Part shown: positions 18,964-26,227 of the stretch, piece by piece
Layout of the letters: each line of letters starts with the position of its first letter
How positions within the stretch are numbered: position 1 is the stretch's first letter
Assembly: GCA_017411605.1 (NCBI GenBank)
Contig: JAFQPR010000009.1
Span: forward strand, 13,814-77,813
Source of the DNA: Clostridia bacterium
GTDB lineage: Bacteria; Bacillota; Clostridia; Oscillospirales; CAG-272
Direction: 5' to 3'
DNA: 64,000 bases
The notes under the pieces: model-generated
Told to the model about the DNA's origin: nothing
Seen by the model: only the letters and a program-made list of their open reading frames with translations
The model's database searches: none
Made by a program: the position numbers and the translations under genes

Positions 18964-19630
18964 TGCCTCCTATCGCTCACGATCGCTCCGTCTGAAATCG
19001 TGATAACTCTTTTTGCCTCGCGCGCCACCGCGTCGCTGTGCGTTACTACAAGAACGGTTATTTTATGCTCTTCGTTCATAGTTTTGAGCAAGCGCATGAT
19101 CTCGGCGCTGCTCTCGCTGTCAAGATTGCCCGTGGGCTCGTCCGCAAGGATGAGGCGAGGCCTGTTAAACAACGCTCGCGCGATTGCAACCCTCTGTTGC
19201 TGACCGCCCGAGAGGGTGCTTGGGTATGCTTGCTCGCGCCCGTCAAGACCTACTGTCTTTAAAATTTCCGAGAGCCACGAGCCATCCACCTCTCTTCCGT
19301 CAAGCTCGGTGGGGAGCGTTATGTTTTCGACGATGTTGAACTCCGGAATGAGGTTGTAAAACTGATATATCACTCCTGTTTTTTGACGGCGCAAAACTGC
19401 GCTATCTTTATTCGATAGCCGTACGATGTCTTTACCTTCGAAAAGAATACTGCCGCTGTCGGGAATATCAAGGCCTGCTATCATATTAAGGAGCGTTGTT
19501 TTGCCTGAGCCCGATTTCCGACGATAGCGATATACTCGCCTTCTTTAACCTGCAGATTTATATTGTCGAGCGCAACGATTTGACCGTCGGCAGTGAAATA
19601 TTTTTTGCTTAGATTACAAACGTTTAGCAT
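18960..19630 (-). pseudogene. MacB/LolD-type ABC transporter ATP-binding protein with a 1-nt frameshift in the Walker A motif
   Basis: ATG at 19630 gives MLNVCNLSKKYF..GEYIAIVG. The frame then breaks around 19514-19520. The next frame reads SGSGKTTLLNMIAGLD..LSGGQQQRVAIARAL..ILADEPTGNLD. Confidence 0.75.
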
Positions 19631-19717
19631 AATTCTGCTCCTTCACGTTTTTGTATTAATTATACTATAATTACGAATCCGTGTCAACAGATGTTGATAA
19701 AACTGCGGTTTTAGATG

Positions 19718-20602
19718 TTAATTTGTTGATAACAGTAAGTTTGATGCACGGTATTTGTGCGGAGTGATATGATGGGTTGAGCCGAAGATAGATATAAAGT
19801 ATGAGGTTGTTGAAAAGCCGCAGGCTGCTCCGATCTCGGTGATGGACATATCGGTCGTCAAAAGAAGCTTTTCGCATTCGGCAAGCTTCACAGAATTAAC
19901 GAAACTTGAGAATGACATATTGAGTCCGTTTTTGAAAAGCCTTGACAAATGCGAGGTGCTGACATTGAGCGCTTTGGCGCAAGCGGTTTGAGAGACGGCG
20001 GAGAAGTTATGCTTGATATATTCTATTGCTTTTTGCAACGTGAGTTCGTTTGCGGTACTAAGTTTTCTTGTTGCAAGCTCTGGGGTATCTTGTTTCCATA
20101 CTCTTATCGTATATAGAAACAGCTCCATAACGAAGGTGCGGAGCGCGAGCTCATAGCCGAACGAGCGGTCGTTATATTCATTTAATATTTTATCAAATAA
20201 ATTTCCGAAATGATATGCTTCGGTTTCGCTGCTTTTTAAAACAGCGCGGTGCTTTTCACAGTTTTGAAGTAAAAGAAGATATGAGTATTCGGATAACGTG
20301 TGTTCTCCGGAGAAGATGATGGACGGCAGAAATTTGATAACTACGTATTCGGCTGTGTCATCGAAAAATCCGATAAAATGCGGCTCTTCGCTGTTGACGA
20401 ATATTGTGTCGCCGGCTTCAAGGGTGTATTTGTTTGCGCCGATAATACAGTGGCAAGTTCCCGTGTGGACGAAAACCATCTCGCAATATTCGTGATAATG
20501 AATTAGTCTTATAGATGACGGATCGCTTATCGGTCTTTTGTATTTTTGGCAGTGTATCGGAACGGACAAACCGTTTGACGTGTATTTCGTTTCTTTTATC
20601 AT
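19718..20602 (-). CDS. AraC-family transcriptional regulator (cupin sensor plus HTH)
   Basis: N-terminal cupin-like region (HYHEYCEMVFVHTGT..GDTIFV) and C-terminal double HTH (ACAKALNVSTSHLSRLFK..ITEIGAACGFSTTSYF). Confidence 0.9.
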   Translation of the reverse strand: MIKETKYTSNGLSVPIHCQKYKRPISDPSSIRLIHYHEYCEMVFVHTGTCHCIIGANKYTLEAGDTIFVNSEEPHFIGFFDDTAEYVVIKFLPSIIFSGEHTLSEYSYLLLLQNCEKHRAVLKSSETEAYHFGNLFDKILNEYNDRSFGYELALRTFVMELFLYTIRVWKQDTPELATRKLSTANELTLQKAIEYIKHNFSAVSQTACAKALNVSTSHLSRLFKNGLNMSFSSFVNSVKLAECEKLLLTTDMSITEIGAACGFSTTSYFISIFGSTHHITPHKYRASNLLLSTN

Positions 20603-20908
20603 AACTCCTCCGAGCAGAATTTTGATATTTTTTGATGGTTATATTATATCATACGTTTTCCCAATTTGCTATACTAGAAATGAAAAAAAGCAAAAATTAA
20701 TAATAAATTAAAATTCAAAGGAGAAACGATATGAAAAAAACGGTAAAATTGCTCATTCTCTCGGTTGTTTGTATGCTTGTGCTCTTCGTTCCCATCCTTG
20801 CGATTACTTCTTATGCAAGTGATGACGGAGCCGAGGCGACGCCTTACGGTGACGTTCCCGCAAATTATGCGGATGAGAACGTTTATCCATTCGTGATTTT
20901 TGATACGA
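20512..20908. repeat. Copy 2 of the 397-bp direct repeat (partner at 16242-16638), the functional context
   Basis: Same alignment as copy 1; here both flanking genes continue intact. Confidence 0.9.
20620..20675 (+). promoter_or_regulatory. Candidate AraC-dependent promoter: phased direct repeat plus extended -10
   Basis: TTTTGAT at 20620-20626 and again at 20630-20636 (10-bp phase). TGcTATACT extended -10 at 20667-20675 with no good -35. The same elements are present in repeat copy 1 (16350-16405). Confidence 0.35.
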
Positions 20909-23892
20909 ATGGTAAATTTATTGCGGCATACGAAAAGCTCTACGGCCCGAACGGAGGTGGTGATCAATCTGCTTTAAACAAGCTTACGTATACCCATTTT
21001 GCCAAGAAAACCTATAGCTCGGAGAACGGATGGGCGGAAGGTGTGACCGAGCTTGTTTTGTATATGAGACGCGACTATACTCTTGATAGCGATGAGACGT
21101 ATGCTAACCTCTCTCATATACAGGGCAACCTTATCTTCGACCTTGGCGGACATACGATAAATCACACAACAACCTCGTGGAGACCTTTGTTTAAGGCGAA
21201 TGCAAAGGGAAGCTCTAACACCCTCGGTGAAAAAGAGTTTCCGACCTTGATAACCGTAAAAAACGGTAGTATTAAAACCTGCGGTGCGCCGTTGGTTGAA
21301 GTGAGCTCGTATAATTCTACCGGAAACGTAGATAAGAAGAAGCTTGAGTTTACGTTCGATAATATAACCTTCGGTCTTGCTCCCGGTTCTAACTTAGCTC
21401 ACTATATGCTTTGCTTCCAGAATCCCTACTCTACCTCTTACGGGCATAAGACCGCAACGGTAGATCTTATTTTTAACGAATGTACGTACGATCTTGTAAC
21501 TAACTACAACAATAAGTGCAATGAGATTTTCAGAAACACTCCTGCTGAAACCCAGTACGTAAAATGTAACGTTACGGTAAACGGCGGAAATATAATAACG
21601 AGTACTCCGAACCTTAAGCTTTACACCGTAAATACCGACGTCAGCGGCTCTTCGGTTGTTTTCGGAAAAACGACGGGCGGAAATTATACGTCGATAAAGG
21701 TTGTAGGCTCTGCCGCAAAACCGAGCTTCGTTGCATTGAATGCGGACGGAGGAACGCTCTCGTTCGTCAAAATTTCGGAGGATGACGAAGGTGCGCTTTA
21801 CAGATTAAGACCTACAGATCTTGCGAACATAAGCTTCGTTCCTATGATGAGTGTCACTCTCGCGAGCGATTTTATTGCCAACATCTACGTACCAAAAGAG
21901 GATTATCTTTTGAGCCTTGAGCTTGACGGAGTCAGCCAAAGTCTTGAGGCGCTTGAATTGAAAAATATTGACGGCAAGGATTATTATCTTATAAAAGTAC
22001 CGCTTGTTGCATCCGAAGCGGCAAGGGACGTTGTGCTCAAAGCCGGTATTTCTCTTGCGCAAAAGAATGCAAGCGCTACGTTTTCGTTCTCTATCCCCAA
22101 ATACGCAGAGAAGCTTCTTGATTCAGATTCGCTGAACGTTGAAAAGACTCTTATATCCGACGCGCTCTCTTATATAAAATATGCTTACATATACTTTGAC
22201 GCGGATGATAAAGACGAGGCTATAGCCAAGATTGAAAAGGTTATAGGAGATCACGTGGGAAGCCTTGTTGTTGAAGGCAGCGGCGCCGAGCCGACTGAGG
22301 GGCTTTTGGGAGCAAGCTATGTGCTTGGCGCAACTCCTGCAGTAAGGTTCTATATCCCCGACGGCGCGAGTGCTGACGAATATGGATTCTACGTAGACGG
22401 AACGAAGGTTATGGATATATCCGTCGGTTGCAATGATAGCGGCGCTTATATTGACGTAAAGCTTTACGCTTACAAGATGTGCGAGGAGATAACGTACAGT
22501 ATCGGCGGAGAAGAGATCGGAAGCTATCACATAAATTCCTATTATGAATTCGCAAAGACAAAGAATGACAAGTCTCTCGTTGATGTTGTGAGAAGCTTCT
22601 GGATATATTGCCAGAGTGCGCGCAGATATAAGGCAACGTTTTCCGTTGTAAACGGCGAGTTCAACCCTGTTGCTACTGTTGTTAATAAGAACGGAGCTGA
22701 TGCCACCGTATCGTACGTTATTGACGACGGCGCCTGGGGTACTGCGATATTCGTTAAAGAAATGATGGGAATTTATGATAATCTCAAGGTTTCTCACGCG
22801 GTCCCCGCAAAGCAGTTTGCTACTCTTGTAACCGAGGATTCGGATGGAGACGGAATTCCCGAATACGTAATGGTAGACGGCAAATACGTATATGAAGTCA
22901 ACGAAAGTGGTTTAAAATTCTGGAACAGCGTTTTGGTTGAAGGAAAGTGCGAGATAGTTTCGCATACCTTCTCTCACGCATTCTGGGGAACGAATGATGA
23001 CGGCGGAAGCTTTGAGTATATGAAGAACGGTGAGTCCTCGCCTACCGTATCCGAGGTTATGCCTGAGGGCAGCTCGACCAAAGAGATATATGCATCGAAG
23101 CAGATAATAGAAGAATTGTTTGGTGATTACGTTTATAAAAACGAGCTTCTTTCGCTTGTCGATGCCGGAATCTCAGTAAAAACAGTTAACCACACTCTTG
23201 CTGACGGAACGGTAGTCGTTTCATATAGGATATTCTTCAAAGAGCTTTTGGTTCTCGCTTACGAAAGAGGCGACCTTATCAGCGTTCGCGGAACGTTCGG
23301 TTGGAACTATGACCCAAGCCTTGATATATCATCGAAGGTCGTAACGGCTCAAAGATATGATACGTACGATGAACGTATGTCAACTCCCGCTTATATGGTA
23401 GAGTATTATAATTCTAATCCCGACGGCGACGGCAGCGACGACATATCAAACTGGATAGCTTATATTGACAGCGCGATAGAACTCAACGGCTGGGCTTGCT
23501 TCTGTATTCATATGATTGACGATAATGCGGAAAGCGGTCATTATATATATCAGTCGCAGGCTGAAAAAATGTTTGCATATACGAACTCTAAAAACGTTTG
23601 GGTTGCGACGTACACCGAGGCCGCGATGTATTACAGCGAGTGGTCAACGGCAAATATTGACGTAGCGTATGAAAACGGAGCGATAAGCGTAACCCTTACC
23701 GACGGTGAGCGCGATGACGTTTATACAGAGGAGCTCACGGTAAAGGTCAGCGTTCCCGAAGAGTGGCAGAGCGCAAAGTGCGGCTCGGAGTTGCTCACAG
23801 TGCACAGAGATGAAAACGGCGGCGCATACGTTTACGTGAATATAGTTCCGGATTCGGGTACCGTATACGTTACAGGCTTCTCGGCATCGTAA
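20731..23892 (+). CDS. Large secreted or membrane-anchored protein: beta-helix-like N-terminal region, tandem module of unknown function, C-terminal polysaccharide-deacetylase (CE4/NodB)-like domain
   Basis: Signal/anchor MKKTVKLLILSVVCMLVLFVPILAITSYA. Rung-like repeats (NGSI, FDNITF, FNECTY, VTVNGGNI). NodB-like SYVIDDG and SHTFSH motifs around 22700-22990. AAAGGAG RBS. Confidence 0.75.
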   Translation: MKKTVKLLILSVVCMLVLFVPILAITSYASDDGAEATPYGDVPANYADENVYPFVIFDTNGKFIAAYEKLYGPNGGGDQSALNKLTYTHFAKKTYSSENGWAEGVTELVLYMRRDYTLDSDETYANLSHIQGNLIFDLGGHTINHTTTSWRPLFKANAKGSSNTLGEKEFPTLITVKNGSIKTCGAPLVEVSSYNSTGNVDKKKLEFTFDNITFGLAPGSNLAHYMLCFQNPYSTSYGHKTATVDLIFNECTYDLVTNYNNKCNEIFRNTPAETQYVKCNVTVNGGNIITSTPNLKLYTVNTDVSGSSVVFGKTTGGNYTSIKVVGSAAKPSFVALNADGGTLSFVKISEDDEGALYRLRPTDLANISFVPMMSVTLASDFIANIYVPKEDYLLSLELDGVSQSLEALELKNIDGKDYYLIKVPLVASEAARDVVLKAGISLAQKNASATFSFSIPKYAEKLLDSDSLNVEKTLISDALSYIKYAYIYFDADDKDEAIAKIEKVIGDHVGSLVVEGSGAEPTEGLLGASYVLGATPAVRFYIPDGASADEYGFYVDGTKVMDISVGCNDSGAYIDVKLYAYKMCEEITYSIGGEEIGSYHINSYYEFAKTKNDKSLVDVVRSFWIYCQSARRYKATFSVVNGEFNPVATVVNKNGADATVSYVIDDGAWGTAIFVKEMMGIYDNLKVSHAVPAKQFATLVTEDSDGDGIPEYVMVDGKYVYEVNESGLKFWNSVLVEGKCEIVSHTFSHAFWGTNDDGGSFEYMKNGESSPTVSEVMPEGSSTKEIYASKQIIEELFGDYVYKNELLSLVDAGISVKTVNHTLADGTVVVSYRIFFKELLVLAYERGDLISVRGTFGWNYDPSLDISSKVVTAQRYDTYDERMSTPAYMVEYYNSNPDGDGSDDISNWIAYIDSAIELNGWACFCIHMIDDNAESGHYIYQSQAEKMFAYTNSKNVWVATYTEAAMYYSEWSTANIDVAYENGAISVTLTDGERDDVYTEELTVKVSVPEEWQSAKCGSELLTVHRDENGGAYVYVNIVPDSGTVYVTGFSAS

Positions 23893-23920
23893 ATTTAAGC
23901 TTTTCCAAAAGGAGAATAAA

Positions 23921-24055
23921 ATGAAAAGATATGAATCACCAAATCTTTTGGTAGTAAAGTTAGATGAGAGCGACGTTATTACTACCTCCCCGGGAACAGA
24001 AACCACTCCGAAGGACGAGTCGGACGGCATCTGGGATCTAGATCTAAATCTGTAA
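23921..24055 (+). CDS. 44-aa acidic mini-protein, family shared with 61185-61322 (function unknown)
   Basis: Not in the ORF track (under 60 aa). AAAAGGAGA RBS 6-8 nt before the ATG. MKRYESPNLLVVKLDESDVITTSPGTETTPKDESDGIWDLDLNL, followed by a terminator. Conserved core shared with the second mini-ORF. Confidence 0.55.
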   Translation: MKRYESPNLLVVKLDESDVITTSPGTETTPKDESDGIWDLDLNL

Positions 24056-24082
24056 TCAACGGATTTATTTATAAAGTTTATG

Positions 24083-24130
24083 AAAAAAGAGCTATGAATT
24101 AAGTGCATCGCGCCATTCATAGCTCTTTTA
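24083..24130. terminator. Bidirectional terminator between the mini-ORF and lysS
   Basis: AGAGCTATGAAT (24088-24099) / ATTCATAGCTCT (24115-24126) flanked by an A-run and a T-run. Confidence 0.65.
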
Positions 24131-24185
24131 ATTATGGAAATTTGTTTTTTAAGTAATTTTATTTACTGCGCAATGCGCGAAGGGA

Positions 24186-25694
24186 TTATACCTCGGGCTT
24201 CATGGTTGGGAACAGAAGTACATCTCTTATCGAGGGAGAGTCGGTAAGGAGCATAACAAGTCTGTCAACACCGAAGCCGAGACCACCTGTAGGAGGCATA
24301 CCGTATTCGAGGGCGGTTACGTAATCGTAGTCAACCTCTGCCGGAGAGGTAGGATCCTCTGCCTTTTTCTTTGCAACCTGCTTTTCAAATCTCTCGCGCT
24401 GATCAATAGGATCGTTGAGCTCGGAGAATGCGTTTCCATATTCCGTGCAGTTGATGAAGTACTCGAATCTCTCGGTAAATCTGGGATCCTCGGGCTTTCT
24501 CTTTGCAAGAGGACTGTTTTCAACGGGATAATCGTAAATGAAGGTGGGCTGAATGAGCTTGTCTTCAACGTATGCGTCGAAGAGCTCAACGAGAACGGTA
24601 CCTGCAGTAGCATCAGCGGGAACTTCAACGTGAAGTCTTTTTGCATCCGCTCTTGCTTCCTCGTCGCTTTGCCAGCTGTAGTAATCAACGCCTGCATACT
24701 TCTTAACAGCGTCAACCATTGTAAGACGCTCCCAGTTGCCGAGGTCGATCTCAACACCCTGATAAGTAATCTTTGTATCACCGCAAACCTCTTTTGCAAG
24801 AAGCTTGTAAAGCTCTTCAACGAGGTCCATCATTCCGTAATAATCGGTAAACGCCTCGTAAAGCTCAATGGTCGTAAATTCGGGATTGTGCTTAGGGTCC
24901 ATGCCCTCGTTTCTGAATATTCTTCCAACCTCGTAAACCTTTTGCATACCGCCGACGATGAGTCTTTTGAGGTAAAGCTCGGTTTCGATACGAAGGTACA
25001 TAGGGATATCAAGTGTATTGTGATGAGTTCTGAAGGAACGCGCCGAAGCTCCGATTTCGATAGGAAGGAGTATGGGCGTGTCAACTTCAAGATAACCCTT
25101 CGAATCGAGGTAGGAACGGATGATGGAGAGGATCTTGGAACGCTTTACAAAGGTGTCCTTAACCTCGGGGTTAACGATGAGGTCAACATATCTCTGTCTG
25201 TATCTCTGCTCAAGATTGGTAAGTCCGTGGAACTTTTCGGGGAGGGGAAGGAGGGATTTTGCAAGAAGGGTTGCGCTCTTTGCGTGAACGGATATTTCGC
25301 CTGTTCTTGTACGGAAAAGTACGCCCTCAACGCCGATAATATCGCCGACGTCCCACTTTTTAAATCCTGCGTATGCTTCTTCGCCGAGATCGTCGCGAGA
25401 AACGTAAAGCTGAATCTTTCCGTCACCGTCAAGAAGGTGAGCGAATGACGCCTTACCCATAACTCTCTTGCCGACCATTCTTCCCGCAACTCTTACGGTG
25501 AGCTCGCGTCCCTCTGCTGTAAGTGCATCTTCGTTGTCCGAAAATTCCTTGATTGCGTTAACGCTGGTGTGTGTTACGTCATATTTTGTGATTTCAAAAG
25601 GATTTTTGCCTGCTTCGCAAAGTCCCGCAAGCTTATCACGGCGGATCTTAAGCTCGCTTGTATCGTTTAAAACATTAGCTGTATTTTCTGCCAT
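24186..25694 (-). CDS. lysS: Lysine--tRNA ligase (class II)
   Basis: 502 aa with an OB-fold N-domain and class II core (FRNEG, GGLGFGVDRLVMLL). Confidence 0.95.
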   Translation of the reverse strand: MAENTANVLNDTSELKIRRDKLAGLCEAGKNPFEITKYDVTHTSVNAIKEFSDNEDALTAEGRELTVRVAGRMVGKRVMGKASFAHLLDGDGKIQLYVSRDDLGEEAYAGFKKWDVGDIIGVEGVLFRTRTGEISVHAKSATLLAKSLLPLPEKFHGLTNLEQRYRQRYVDLIVNPEVKDTFVKRSKILSIIRSYLDSKGYLEVDTPILLPIEIGASARSFRTHHNTLDIPMYLRIETELYLKRLIVGGMQKVYEVGRIFRNEGMDPKHNPEFTTIELYEAFTDYYGMMDLVEELYKLLAKEVCGDTKITYQGVEIDLGNWERLTMVDAVKKYAGVDYYSWQSDEEARADAKRLHVEVPADATAGTVLVELFDAYVEDKLIQPTFIYDYPVENSPLAKRKPEDPRFTERFEYFINCTEYGNAFSELNDPIDQRERFEKQVAKKKAEDPTSPAEVDYDYVTALEYGMPPTGGLGFGVDRLVMLLTDSPSIRDVLLFPTMKPEV

Positions 25695-25724
25695 TTCTAT
25701 GTCCTTTCTTTTTGTCTTTCGTTA

Positions 25725-26210
25725 TTAGCGGCTTTCCTTGGCTCTTGTCACGCTCTTTACCTGGAGGACCTGCTCGCGAACACCGGGAACGAGAACCTCG
25801 TCACCCTCGCCCGCGCCTAGGAGCGAACGTCCTACGGGGGAGTCGTCTGAAATCTTTCCGTTTACGGGATCGGTTTCGTAAGAGCCGACGATGTGGTAGG
25901 TAAACTCTCTGCCGCGTGTTACGTTGTAAACAACTACGATAGAGCCAACGCTTACCTTTGATTCGTCGATCTGAGATTCGTCTATGATCTTAGCATTTGC
26001 AATCATCTCGCGGAGCTCTGCGATGCGGGCGTGGATCTTGCCTTGTTCTTCCTTGGCAGCATCGTACTCGCTGTTTTCTGAAAGGTCGCCGAACGAGCGC
26101 GCGGTTGATATTTCCTTTTTGTTCTCTTCAACTCTTACGTTGACAAGAAAATCAAGTTCGTCCTGAAGCGCCTTGAAGCCTTCGGGGGTATAAGTCTTTG
26201 TTTCTGGCAT
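25725..26210 (-). CDS. greA: Transcription elongation factor GreA
   Basis: 161 aa; GDLSENSEYDAAKEEQ coiled-coil signature and the conserved greA-lysS adjacency. Confidence 0.95.
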   Translation of the reverse strand: MPETKTYTPEGFKALQDELDFLVNVRVEENKKEISTARSFGDLSENSEYDAAKEEQGKIHARIAELREMIANAKIIDESQIDESKVSVGSIVVVYNVTRGREFTYHIVGSYETDPVNGKISDDSPVGRSLLGAGEGDEVLVPGVREQVLQVKSVTRAKESR

Positions 26211-26227
26211 TTTTATATTTCTCCTGA

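Noticed and set aside
16242-20908. Interpretation of the R-X-R duplication as a transposon, IS element or integrated prophage fragment
   Set aside because: No transposase, integrase or recombinase ORF appears in any frame. There are no terminal inverted repeats, and the repeats are ordinary host promoter and coding sequence. A recombination or duplication event is more parsimonious.
23921-24055. Reading the mini-ORFs as RiPP precursor peptides (Thr/Ser-rich core after a leader-like N-terminus)
   Set aside because: Neither locus has a radical-SAM, lanthipeptide, YcaO or other maturase, a peptidase-containing ABC exporter, or an immunity gene nearby. The peptides also have no Cys. This is kept only as a remote possibility within the main finding.
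24630-25448. 272-aa ORF on the plus strand, antisense to lysS
   Set aside because: It lies entirely inside the well-supported lysS CDS on the opposite strand, has no RBS and has low-complexity composition. This is a typical shadow ORF.
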